Source of the DNA: Balanoglossus misakiensis
Lineage: Eukaryota > Animalia > Hemichordata
Direction: 5' to 3'
NCBI GenBank assembly: GCA_040954595.2
Contig: CM082583.2
Location: 9,621,556-9,685,555, forward strand
Length of the DNA stretch: 64,000 nt
Both the position numbers and the translations under genes were made by a program. Under the pieces are notes generated by a model, which worked only from the letters and a program-made list of their open reading frames with translations, was not told the origin of the DNA and did no database searches. Below, in pieces: positions 50,701-64,000 of this stretch; within the stretch, counting starts at the first letter, position 1, and each line of letters opens with the position of its first letter.

Positions 50701-53700
50701 TTTTGAAATTCCGCAAAGTCGAAAAATTCTCATTTTTGGATGATTTTCATGAGCTATAACCCATGATTTTTTCGAAAATCGGCCAAATTTTGAAATTCCG
50801 CAAAGTCGAAAAATTCTCATTTTTGGATGATTTTCATGAGCTATAACCCATGATTTTTTCGAAAATCGGCCAAATTTTGAAATTCCGCAAAGTCGAAAAA
50901 TTCTCATTTTTGGATGATTTTCATGAGCTATAACCCATGATTTTTTCAAAAATCGGCCAAATTTTGAAATTCCGCAAAGTCGAAAAATTCTCATTTTTGG
51001 ATGATTTTCATGAGCTATAACCCATGATTTTTTCAAAAATCGGCCAAATTTTGAAATTCCGCAAAGTCGAAAAATTCTCATTTTTGGATGATTTTCATGA
51101 GCTATAACCCATGATTTTTTCAAAAATCGGCCAAATTTTGAAATTCCGCAAAGTCGAAAAATTCTCATTTTTGGATGATTTTCATGAGCTATAACCCATG
51201 ATTTTTTCAAAAATCGGCCAAATTTTGAAATTCCGCAAAGTCGAAAAATTCTCATTTTTGGATGATTTTCATGAGCTATAACCCATGATTTTTTCAAAAA
51301 TCGGCCAAATTTTGAAATTCCGCAAAGTCGAAAAATTCTCAATTTTGGATGATTTTCATGAGCTATAACCCATGATTTTTTCGAAAATCGGCCAAATTTT
51401 GAAATTCCGCAAAGTCGAAAAATTCTCATTTTTGGATGATTTTCATGAGCTATAACCATGATTTTTTCAAAAATCGGCCAAATTTGAAATTCCGCAAAGT
51501 CGAAAAATCTCAATTTTTCTCATGAGAAACTATAACCCATGATTTTTCAAAATCGGCCAAATTTGAAATTCCGCAAAGTCGAAAAATTCTCATTTTGGAT
51601 GATTTTCATGAAGCTATAACCCATGATTTTTTCAAAAATCGGCCAAATTTTGAAATTCCGCAAAGTCGAAAAATTCTCATTTTTGGATGATTTTCATGAG
51701 TATACCCATGATTTTTCAAAAATCGGCCAAATTTGAAATTCCGCAAAGTCGAATATTCTCATTTTAAAAATTCTCATTTTTGGATGATTTTCATGAGCTA
51801 TAACCCATGATTTTTTCAAAAATCGGCCAAATTTTGAAATTCCGCAAAGTCGAAAAATTCTCATTTTTGGATGATTTTCATGAGCTATAACCCATGATTT
51901 TTTCAAAAATCGGCCAAATTTTGAAATTCCGCAAAGTCGAAAAATTCTCATTTTTGGATGATTTTCATGAGCTATAACCCATGATTTTTTCAAAAATCGG
52001 CCAAATTTTGAAATTCCGCAAAGTCGAAAAATTCTCATTTTTGGATGATTTTCATGAGCTATAACCCATGATTTTTTCAAAAATCGGCCAAATTTTGAAA
52101 TTCCGCAAAGTCGAAAAATTCTCATTTTTGGATGATTTTCATGAGCTATAACCCATGATTTTTTCAAAAATCGGCCAAATTTTGAAATTCCGCAAAGTCG
52201 AAAAATTCTCATTTTTGGATGATTTTCATGAGCTATAACCCATGATTTTTTCAAAAATCGGCCAAATTTTGAAATTCCGCAAAGTCGAAAAATTCTCATT
52301 TTTGGATGATTTTCATGAGCTATAACCCATGATTTTTTCAAAAATCGGCCAAATTTTGAAATTCCGCAAAGTCGAAAAATTCTCATTTTTGGATGATTTT
52401 CATGAGCTATAACCCATGATTTTTTCAAAAATCGGCCAAATTTTGAAATTCCGCAAAGTCGAAAAATTCTCATTTTTGGATGATTTTCATGAGCTATAAC
52501 CCATGATTTTTTCAAAAATCGGCCAAATTTTGAAATTCCGCAAAGTCGAAAAATTCTCATTTTTGGATGATTTTCATGAGCTATAACCCATGATTTTTTC
52601 AAAAATCGGCCAAATTTTGAAATTCCGCAAAGTCGAAAAATTCTCATTTTTGGATGATTTTCATGAGCTATAACCCATGATTTTTTCAAAAATCGGCCAA
52701 ATTTTGAAATTCCGCAAAGTCGAAAAATTCTCATTTTTGGATGATTTTCATGAGCTATAACCCATGATTTTTTCAAAAATCGGCCAAATTTTGAAATTCC
52801 GCAAAGTCGAAAAATTCTCATTTTTGGATGATTTTCATGAGCTATAACCCATGATTTTTTCAAAAATCGGCCAAATTTTGAAATTCCGCAAAGTCGAAAA
52901 ATTCTCATTTTTGGATGATTTTCATGAGCTATAACCCATGATTTTTTCAAAAATCGGCCAAATTTTGAAATTCCGCAAAGTCGAAAAATTCTCATTTTTG
53001 GATGATTTTCATGAGCACTATAACCCATGATTTTTTCAAAAATCGGCCAAATTTTGAAATTCCGCAAAGTCGAAAAATTCTCATTTTTGGATGATTTTCA
53101 TGAGCATAACCCATGATTTTGTCAAAAATCGGCCAAATTTTGAAATTCCGCAAAGTCGAAAAATTCTCATTTTTGGATGATTTTCATGAGCTATAACCCA
53201 TGATTTTGTCAAAATCGGCCAAATTTTGAAATTCCGCAAAGTCGAAAAATTCTCATTTTTGGATGATTTTCATGAGCTATAACCCATGATTTTGTCAAAA
53301 ATCGGCCAAATTTTGAAATTCCGCAAAGTCGAAAAATTCTCATTTTTGGATGATTTTCATGAGCTATAACCCATGATTTTGTCAAAAATCGGCCAAATTT
53401 TGAAATTCCGCAAAGTCGAAAAATTCTCATTTTTGGATGATTTTCATGAGCTATAACCCATGATTTTGTCAAAAATCGGCCAAATTTTGAAATTCCGCAA
53501 AGTCGAAAAATTCTCATTTTTGGATGATTTTCATGAGCTATAACCCATGATTTTGTCAAAAATCGGCCAAATTTTGAAATTCCGCAAAGTCGAAAAATTC
53601 TCATTTTTGGATGATTTTCATGAGCTATAACCCATGATTTTGTCAAAAATCGGCCAAATTTTGAAATTCCGCAAAGTCGAAAAATTCTCATTTTGGATGA

Positions 53701-56700
53701 TTTTCATGAGCTATAACCCATGATTTTTTTCAAAAATCGGCCAAATTTTGAAATTCCGCAAAGTCGAAAAATTCTCATTTTGGATGATTTTCATGAGCTA
53801 TAACCCATGATTTTGTCAAAAATCGGCCAAATTTTGAAATTCCGCAAAGTCGAAAAATTCTCATTTTTGGATGATTTTCATGAGCTATAACCCATGATTT
53901 TTTCAAAATCGGCCAAATTTTGAAATTCCGCAAAGTCGAAAAATTCTCATTTTTGGATGATTTTCATGAGCTATAACCCATGATTTTGTCAAAAATCGGC
54001 CAAATTTTGAAATTCCGCAAAGTCGAAAAATTCTCATTTTTGGATGATTTTCATGAGCTATAACCCATGATTTTTTCAAAAATCGGCCAAATTTTGAAAT
54101 TCCGCAAAGTCGAAAAATTCTCATTTTGGATGATTTTCATGAGCTATAACCCATGATTTTTTCAAAAATCGGCCAAATTTTGAAATTCCGCAAAGTCGAA
54201 AAATTCTCATTTTTGGATGATTTTCATGAGCTATAACCCATGATTTTTTCAAAAATCGGCCAAATTTTGAAATTCCGCAAAGTCGAAAAATTCTCATTTT
54301 TGGATGATTTTCATGAGCTATAACCCATGATTTTTTCAAAAATCGGCCAAATTTTGAAATTCCGCAAAGTCGAAAAATTCTCATTTTTGGATGATTTTCA
54401 TGAGCTATAACCCATGATTTTTTCAAAATCGGCCAAATTTTGAAATTCCGCAAAGTCGAAAAATTCTCATTTTTGGATGATTTTCATGAGCTATAACCCA
54501 TGATTTTTTCAAAAATCGGCCAAATTTTGAAATTCCGCAAAGTCGAAAAATTCTCAATTTTTGGATGATTTTCATGAGCTATAACCCATGATTTTTTCAA
54601 AAATCGGCCAAATTTTGAAATTCCGCAAAGTCGAAAAATTCTCATTTTTGGATGATTTTCATGAGCTATAACCCATGATTTTTTCAAAAATCGGCCAAAT
54701 TTTGAAATTCCGCAAAGTCGAAAAATTCTCATTTTTGGATGATTTTCATGAGCTATAACCCATGATTTTTTCAAAAATCGGCCAAATTTTGAAATTCCGC
54801 AAAGTCGAAAAATTCTCATTTTTGGATGATTTTCATGAGCTATAACCCATGATTTTTTCAAAAATCGGCCAAATTTTGAAATTCCGCAAAGTCGAAAAAT
54901 TCTCATTTTTGGATGATTTTCATGAGCTATAACCCATGATTTTTTCAAAATCGGCCAAATTTTGAAATTCCGCAAGTCGAAAAATTCTCATTTTTGGATG
55001 ATTTTCATGAGCTATAACCCATGATTTTTTTCAAAAATCGGCCAAATTTTGAAATTCCGCAAAGTCGAAAAATTCTCATTTTTGGATGATTTTCATGAGC
55101 TATAACCCATGATTTTTTCAAAAATCGGCCAAATTTTGAAATTCCGCAAAGTCGAAAAATTCTCATTTTTGGATGATTTTCATGAGCTATAACCCATGAT
55201 TTTTTCAAAAATCGGCCAAATTTTGAAATTCCGCAAAGTCGAAAATTCTCATTTTTGGATGATTTTCATGAGCTATAACCCATGATTTTTTCAAAAATCG
55301 GCCAAATTTGAAATTCCGAAAGTCGAAAAATTCTCATTTTTGGATGATTTTCATGAGCTATAACCCATGATTTTTTCAAAAATCGGCCAAATTTTGAAAT
55401 TCCGCAAAGTCGAAAAATTCTCATTTTTGGATGATTTTCATGAGCTATAACCCATGATTTTTTCAAAAATCGGCCAAATTTTGAAATTCCGCAAAGTCGA
55501 AAAATTCTCATTTTTGGATGATTTTCATGAGCTATAACCCATGATTTTTTCAAAAATCGGCCAAATTTTGAAATTCCGCAAAGTCGAAAAATTTCTCATT
55601 TTTGGATGATTTTCATGAGCTATAACCCATGATTTTTGTCAAAAATCGGCCAAATTTTGAAATTCCGCAAAGTCGAAAAATTCTCATTTTTGGATGATTT
55701 TCATGAGCTATAACCCATGATTTTTTCAAAAATCGGCCAAATTTTGAAATTCCGCAAAGTCGAAAAATTCTCATTTTTGGATGATTTTCATGAGCTATAA
55801 CCCATGATTTTTTCAAAAATCGGCCAAATTTTGAAATTCCGCAAAGTCGAAAAATTCTCATTTTTGGATGATTTTCATGAGCTATAACCCATGATTTTGT
55901 CAAAAATCGGCCAAATTTTGAAATTCCGCAAAGTCGAAAAATTCTCATTTTTGGATGATTTTCATGAGCTATAACCCATGATTTTGTCAAAAATCGGCCA
56001 AATTTTGAAATTCCGCAAAGTCGAAAAATTCTCATTTTTGGATGATTTTCATGAGCTATAACCCATGATTTTGTCAAAAATCGGCCAAATTTTGAAATTC
56101 CGCAAAGTCGAAAAATTCTCATTTTTGGATGATTTTCATGAGCTATAACCCATGATTTTGTCAAAAATCGGCCAAATTTTGAAATTCCGCAAAGTCGAAA
56201 AATTCTCATTTTTGGATGATTTTCATGAGCTATAACCCATGATTTTGTCAAAAATCGGCCAAATTTTGAAATTCCGCAAAGTCGAAAAATTCTCATTTTT
56301 GGATGATTTTCATGAGCTATAACCCATGATTTTTTCAAAAATCGGCCAAATTTTGAAATTCCGCAAAGTCGAAAAATTCTCATTTTTGGATGATTTTCAT
56401 GAGCTATAACCCATGATTTTTTCAAAAATCGGCCAAATTTTGAAATTCCGCAAAGTCGAAAAATTCTCATTTTTGGATGATTTTCATGAGCTATAACCCA
56501 TGATTTTGTCAAAAATCGGCCAAATTTTGAAATTCCGCAAAGTCGAAAAATTCTCATTTTTGGATGATTTTCATGAGCTATAACCCATGATTTTGTCAAA
56601 AATCGGCCAAATTTTGAAATTCCGCAAAGTCGAAAAATTCTCATTTTTGGATGATTTTCATGAGCTATAACCCATGATTTTGTCAAAAATCGGCCAAATT

Positions 56701-59700
56701 TTGAAATTCCGCAAAGTCGAAAAATTCTCATTTTTGGATGATTTTCATGAGCTATAACCCATGATTTTGTCAAAAATCGGCCAAATTTTGAAATCCCGCA
56801 AAGTCGAAAAATTCTCATTTTTGGATGATTTTCATGAGCTATAACCCATGATTTTTTCAAAAATCGGCCAAATTTTGAAATCCCGCAAAGTCGAAAAATT
56901 CTCATTTTTGGATGATTTTCATGAGCTATAACCCATGATTTTTTCAAAAATCGGCCAAATTTTGAAATTCCCGCAAAGTCGAAAAATTCTCATTTTTGGA
57001 TGATTTTCATGAGCTATAACCCATGATTTTTTCAAAAATCGGCCAAATTTTGAAATTCCGCAAAGTCGAAAAATTCTCATTTTTGGATGATTTTCATGAG
57101 CTATAACCCATGATTTTTCAAAAATCGGCCAAATTTTGAAATTCCGCAAAGTCGAAAAATTCTCATTTTTGGATGATTTTCATGAGCTATAACCCATGAT
57201 TTTTTCAAAAATCGGCCAAATTTTGAAATTCCGCAAAGTCGAAAAATTCTCATTTTTGGATGATTTTCATGAGCTATAACCCATGATTTTTTCAAAAATC
57301 GGCCAAATTTTGAAATTCCGCAAAGTCGAAAAATTCTCATTTTTGGATGATTTTCATGAGCTATAACCCATGATTTTTTCAAAAATCGGCCAAATTTTGA
57401 AATTCCGCAAAGTCGAAAAATTCTCATTTTTGGATGATTTTCATGAGCTATAACCCATGATTTTTCAAAAATCGGCCAAATTTTGAAATTCCGCAAAGTC
57501 GAAAATTCTCATTTTTGGATGATTTTCATGAGCTATAACCCATGATTTTTTCAAAAATCGGCCAAATTTTGAAATTCCGCAAAGTCGAAAAATTCTCATT
57601 TTTGGATGATTTTCATGAGCTATAACCCATGATTTTGTCAAAAATCGGCCAAATTTTGAATTCCGCAAAGTCGAAAAATTCTCATTTTTGGATGATTTTC
57701 ATGAGCTATAACCCATGATTTTTTCAAAAATCGGCCAAATTTTGAAATTCCGCAAAGTCGAAAAATTCTCATTTTTGGATGATTTTCATGAGCTATAACC
57801 CATGATTTTGTCAAAAATCGGCCAAATTTTGAAATTCCGCAAAGTCGAAAAATTCTCATTTTTGGATGATTTTCATGAGCTATAACCCATGATTTTTTCA
57901 AAAATCGGCCAAATTTTGAAATTCCGCAAAGTCGAAAAATTCTCATTTTTGGATGATTTTCATGAGCTATAACCCATGATTTTTTCAAAAATCGGCCAAA
58001 TTTTGAAATTCCGCAAAGTCGAAAAATTCTCATTTTTGGATGATTTTCATGAGCTATAACCCATGATTTTTTCAAAAATCGGCCAAATTTTGAAATTCCG
58101 CAAAGTCGAAAAATTCTCATTTTTGGATGATTTTCATGAGCTATAACCCATGATTTTTTCAAAAATCGGCCAAATTTTGAAATTCCGCAAAGTCGAAAAA
58201 TTCTCATTTTTGGATGATTTTCATGAGCTATAACCCATGATTTTTTCAAAAATCGGCCAAATTTTGAAATTCCGCAAAGTCGAAAAATTCTCATTTTTGG
58301 ATGATTTTCATGAGCTATAACCCATGATTTTTTCAAAAATCGGCCAAATTTTGAAATTCCGCAAAGTCGAAAAATTCTCATTTTTGGATGATTTTCATGA
58401 GCTATAACCCATGATTTTTTCAAAAATCGGCCAAATTTTGAAATTCCGCAAAGTCGAAAAATTCTCATTTTTGGATGATTTTCATGAGCTATAACCCATG
58501 ATTTTGTCAAAAATCGGCCAAATTTTGAAATTCCGCAAAGTCGAAAAATTCTCATTTTTGGATGATTTTCATGAGCTATAACCCATGATTTTGTCAAAAA
58601 TCGGCCAAATTTTGAAATTCCGCAAAGTCGAAAAATTCTCATTTTTGGATGATTTTCATGAGCTATAACCCATGATTTTGTCAAAAATCGGCCAAATTTT
58701 GAAATTCCGCAAAGTCGAAAAATTCTCATTTTTGGATGATTTACATGAGCTATAACCCATGATTTTGTCAAAAATCGGCCAAATTTTGAAATTCCGCAAA
58801 GTCGAAAAATTCTCATTTTTGGATGATTTTCATGAGCTATAACCCATGATTTTTGTCAAAAATCGGCCAAATTTTGAAATTCCGCAAAGTCGAAAAATTC
58901 TCATTTTTGGATGATTTTCATGAGCTATACCCATGATTTTTTCAAAAATCGGCCAAATTTTGAAATTCCGCAAAGTCGAAAAATTCTCATTTTTGGATGA
59001 TTTTCATGAGCTATAACCCATGATTTTGTCAAAAATCGGCCAAATTTTGAAATTCCGCAAAGTCGAAAAATTCTCATTTTTGGATGATTTTCATGAGCTA
59101 TAACCCATGATTTTTTCAAAAATCGGCCAAATTTTGAAATTCCGCAAAGTCGAAAAATTCTCATTTTTGGATGATTTTCATGAGCTATAACCCATGATTT
59201 TTTCAAAAATCGGCCAAATTTTGAAATTCCGCAAAGTCGAAAAATTCTCATTTTTGGATGATTTACATGAGCTATAACCCATGATTTTTCAAAAATCGGC
59301 CAAATTTGAAATTCCGCAAAGTCGAAAAATTCTCATTTTTGGATGATTTTCATGAGCTATAACCCATGATTTTTTCAAAAATCGGCCAAATTTTGAAATT
59401 CCGCAAAGTCGAAAAATTCTCATTTTTGGATGATTTTCATGAGCTATAACCCATGATTTTTTCAAAATCGGCCAAATTTTGAAATTCCGCAAAGTCGAAA
59501 AATTCTCATTTTTGGATGATTTTCATGAGCTATAACCCATGATTTTTTCAAAAATCGGCCAAATTTTGAAATTCCGCAAAGTCGAAAAATTCTCATTTTT
59601 GGATGATTTTCATGAGCTATAACCCATGATTTTTTCAAAAATCGGCCAAATTTTGAAATTCCGCAAAGTCGAAAAATTCTCATTTTTGGATGATTTTCAT

Positions 59701-62700
59701 GAGCTATAACCCATGATTTTTTCAAAAATCGGCCAAATTTTGAAATTCCGCAAAGTCGAAAAATTCTCATTTTTGGATGATTTTCATGAGCTATAACCCA
59801 TGATTTTTTCAAAAATCGGCCAAATTTTGAAATTCCGCAAAGTCGAAAAATTCTCATTTTTGGATGATTTTCATGAGCTATAACCCATGATTTTTTCAAA
59901 AATCGGCCAAATTTTGAAATTCCGCAAAGTCGAAAAATTCTCATTTTTGGATGATTTTCATGAGCTATAACCCATGATTTTTTCAAAAATCGGCCAAATT
60001 TTGAAATTCCGCAAAGTCGAAAAATTCTCATTTTTGGATGATTTTCATGAGCTATAACCCATGATTTTGTCAAAAATCGGCCAAATTTTGAAATTCCGCA
60101 AAGTCGAAAAATTCTCATTTTTGGATGATTTTCATGAGCTATAACCCATGATTTTGTCAAAAATCGGCCAAATTTTGAAATTCCGCAAAGTCGAAAAATT
60201 CTCATTTTTGGATGATTTTCATGAGCTATAACCCATGATTTTGTCAAAAATCGGCCAAATTTTGAAATTCCGCAAAGTCGAAAAATTCTCATTTTTGGAT
60301 GATTTTCATGAGCTATAACCCATGATTTTGTCAAAAATCGGCCAAATTTTGAAATTCCGCAAAGTCGAAAAATTCTCATTTTTGGATGATTTTCATGAGC
60401 TATAACCCATGATTTTGTCAAAAATCGGCCAAATTTTGAAATTCCGCAAAGTCGAAAAATTCTCATTTTTGGATGATTTTCATGAGCTATAACCCATGAT
60501 TTTGTCAAAAATCGGCCAAATTTTGAAATTCCGCAAAGTCGAAAAATTCTCATTTTTGGATGATTTTCATGAGCTATAACCCATGATTTTGTCAAAAATC
60601 GGCCAAATTTTGAAATTCCGCAAAGTCGAAAAATTCTCATTTTTGGATGATTTTCATGAGCTATAACCCATGATTTTTTCAAAAATCGGCCAAATTTTGA
60701 AATTCCGCAAAGTCGAAAAATTCTCATTTTTGGATGATTTTCATGAGCTATAACCCATGATTTTGTCAAAAATCGGCCAAATTTTGAAATTCCGCAAAGT
60801 CGAAAAATTCTCATTTTTGGATGATTTTCATGAGCTATAACCCATGATTTTGTCAAAAATCGGCCAAATTTTGAAATTCCGCAAAGTCGAAAAATTCTCA
60901 TTTTTGGATGATTTTCATGAGCTATAACCCATGATTTTGTCAAAAATCGGCCAAATTTTGAAATTCCGCAAAGTCGAAAAATTCTCATTTTTGGATGATT
61001 TTCATGAGCTATAACCCATGATTTTTCAAAAATCGGCCAAATTTTGAAATTCCGCAAAGTCGAAAAATTCTCATTTTTGGATGATTTTCATGAGCTATAA
61101 CCCATGATTTTTTCAAAAATCGGCCAAATTTTGAAATTCCGCAAAGTCGAAAAATTCTCATTTTTGGATGATTTTCATGAGCTATAACCCATGATTTTTT
61201 CAAAAATCGGCCAAATTTTGAAATTCCGCAAAGTCGAAAATTCTCATTTTGGATGATTTTCATGAGCTATAACCCATGATTTTGTCAAAAATCGGCCAAA
61301 TTTTGAAATTCCGCAAAGTCGAAAAATTCTCATTTTTGGATGATTTTCATGAGCTATAACCCATGATTTTGTCAAAAATCGGCCAAATTTTGAAATTCCG
61401 CAAAGTCGAAAAATTCTCATTTTTGGATGATTTTCATGAGCTATAACCCATGATTTTGTCAAAAATCGGCCAAATTTTGAAATTCCGCAAGTCGAAAAAT
61501 TCTCATTTTTGGATGATTTTCATGAGCTATAACCCATGATTTTGTCAAAAATCGGCCAAATTTTGAAATTCCGCAAAGTCGAAAAATTCTCATTTTTGGA
61601 TGATTTTCATGAGCTATAACCCATGATTTTGTCAAAAATCGGCCAAATTTTGAAATTCCGCAAAGTCGAAAAATTCTCATTTTTGGATGATTTTCATGAG
61701 CTATAACCCATGATTTTTTCAAAAATCGGCCAAATTTTGAAATTCCGCAAAGTCGAAAAATTCTCATTTTTGGATGATTTTCATGAGCTATAACCCATGA
61801 TTTTGTCAAAAATCGGCCAAATTTTGAAATTCCGCAAAGTCGAAAAATTCTCATTTTTGGATGATTTTCATGAGCTATAACCCATGATTTTGTCAAAAAT
61901 CGGCCAAATTTTGAAATTCCGCAAAGTCGAAAAATTCTCATTTTTGGATGATTTTCATGAGCTATAACCCATGATTTTGTCAAAAATCGGCCAAATTTTG
62001 AAATTCCGCAAAGTCGAAAAATTCTCATTTTGGATGATTTTCATGAGCTATAACCCATGATTTTGTCAAAAATCGGCCAAATTTTGAAATTCCGCAAAGT
62101 CGAAAAATTCTCATTTTTGGATGATTTTCATGAGCTATAACCCATGATTTTGTCAAAAATCGGCCAAATTTTGAAATTCCGCAAAGTCGAAAAATTCTCA
62201 TTTTTGGATGATTTTCATGAGCTATAACCCATGATTTTGTCAAAAATCGGCCAAATTTTGAAATTCCGCAAAGTCGAAAAATTCTCATTTTTGGATGATT
62301 TTCATGAGCTATAACCCATGATTTTGTCAAAAATCGGCCAAATTTTGAAATTCCGCAAAGTCGAAAAATTCTCATTTTTGGATGATTTTCATGAGCTATA
62401 ACCCATGATTTTGTCAAAAATCGGCCAAATTTTGAAATTCCGCAAAGTCGAAAAATTCTCATTTTTGGATGATTTTCATGAGCTATAGCCCATGATTTTG
62501 TCAAAAATCGGCCAAATTTTGAAATTCCGCAAAGTCGAAAAATTCTCATTTTTGGATGATTTTCATGAGCTATAGCCCATGATTTTGTCAAAAATCGGCC
62601 AAATTTTGAAATTCCGCAAAGTCGAAAAATTCTCATTTTTGGATGATTTTCATGAGCTATAGCCCATGATTTTGTCAAAAATCGGCCAAATTTTGAAATT

Positions 62701-64000
62701 CCGCAAAGTCGAAAAATTCTCATTTTTGGATGATTTTCATGAGCTATAGCCCATGATTTTGTCAAAAATCGGCCAAATTTTGAAATTCCGCAAAGTCGAA
62801 AATTCTCATTTTGGATGATTTTCATGAGCTATAGCCCATGATTTTGTCAAAAATCGGCCAAATTTTGAAATTCCGCAAAGTCGAAAAATTCTCATTTTTG
62901 GATGATTTTCATGAGCTATAGCCCATGATTTTTCAAAAATCGGCCAAATTTTGAAATTCCGCAAAGTCGAAAAATTCTCATTTTTGGATGATTTTCATGA
63001 GCTATAACCCATGATTTTTTCAAAAATCGGCCAAATTTTGAAATTCCGCAAAGTCGAAAAATTCTCATTTTTGGATGATTTTCATGAGCTATAACCCATG
63101 ATTTTTTCAAAAATCGGCCAAATTTTGAAATTCCGCAAAGTCGAAAAATTCTCATTTTTGGATGATTTTCATGAGCTATAACCCATGATTTTTTCAAAAA
63201 TCGGCCAAATTTTGAAATTCCGCAAAGTCGAAAAATTCTCATTTTTGGATGATTTTCATGAGCTATAACCCATGATTTTGTCAAAAATCGGCCAAATTTT
63301 GAAATTCCGCAAAGTCGAAAAATTCTCATTTTTGGATGATTTTCATGAGCTATAACCCATGATTTTGTCAAAAATCGGCCAAATTTTGAAATTCCGCAAA
63401 GTCGAAAAATTCTCATTTTTTGGATGATTTTCATGAGCTATAACCCATGATTTTGTCAAAAATCGGCCAAATTTTGAAATTCCGCAAAGTCGAAAAATTC
63501 TCATTTTTGGATGATTTTCATGAGCTATAACCCATGATTTTGTCAAAAATCGGCCAAATTTTGAAATTCCGCAAAGTCGAAAAATTCTCATTTTTGGATG
63601 ATTTTCATGAGCTATAACCCATGATTTTGTCAAAAATCGGCCAAATTTTGAAATTCCGCAAAGTCGAAAAATTCTCATTTTTGGATGATTTTCATGAGCT
63701 ATAACCCATGATTTTTTCAAAAATCGGCCAAATTTTGAAATTCCGCAAAGTCGAAAAATTCTCATTTTTGGATGATTTTCATGAGCTATAACCCATGATT
63801 TTTTCGAAAATCGGCCAAATTTTGAAATTCCGCAAAGTCGAAAAATTCTCATTTTTGGATGATTTTCATGAGCTATAACCCATGATTTTTTCAAAAATCG
63901 GCCAAATTTTGAAATTCCGCAAAGTCGAAAATTCTCATTTTTGGATGATTTTCATGAGCTATAACCCATGATTTTTTCAAAAATCGGCCAATTTTGAATT
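44650..64000. repeat. 87-bp tandem satellite DNA array, about 220 monomers, >19 kb, continues past the window end
   Basis: Monomer CATGAGCTATAACCCATGATTTTTTCAAAAATCGGCCAAATTTTGAAATTCCGCAAAGTCGAAAAATTCTCATTTTTGGATGATTTT is repeated head-to-tail with only a few recurrent substitutions and homopolymer indels. The first monomer (44650-44740) is divergent. Confidence 0.99.

Noticed and set aside
44826-63894. Long minus-strand ORFs (up to 1125 aa) of the repeated 29-mer MRIFRLCGISKFGRFLKKSWVIAHENHPK
   Set aside because: The monomer is 87 bp (3 x 29) and one frame happens to lack a stop. The ORFs break at random homopolymer indels and show no synonymous-site divergence or unique N/C termini.
44650-64000. 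Possible CRISPR-like array
   Set aside because: There are no unique spacers and no cas genes, and the context is eukaryotic; it is a pure tandem repeat.

Overview
This is eukaryotic (metazoan, most likely marine invertebrate) genomic DNA with four parts. (1) 227-26498 (+): the 3' portion of an ADGRV1/VLGR1/GPR98 adhesion GPCR orthologue, about 75 small GT-AG exons by manual count. It encodes many Calx-beta repeats, a Cys-rich PAN/Apple-like insert, a 7-repeat EAR/EPTP propeller, GAIN/GPS, 7TM and a C-terminal ...IADTHL PDZ ligand; the 5' end lies outside the window. (2) About 28.7-31.7 kb (+): a Tctex1-domain dynein light chain with an intronless CDS and a CCAAT/X-box-like promoter. (3) 34178-35149 (-): the last two coding exons of a kisspeptin-receptor-type (KISS1R/GPR54) GPCR, whose TM1-TM2 exons I could not find in the window. 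(4) About 44.6 kb to the window end: a highly homogeneous 87-bp satellite of about 220 monomers with an inverted-repeat left edge; it generates all the long 29-aa-repeat ORFs, which are artefacts. The most interesting observations are a candidate internal signal-peptide start inside an ADGRV1 intron (short receptor isoform), the satellite probably lying inside a GPCR intron, a spliceable + strand mini-ORF running into the satellite edge, and a sharp CpG transition near 28.5 kb. All counts and alignments are by eye; no searches were run.
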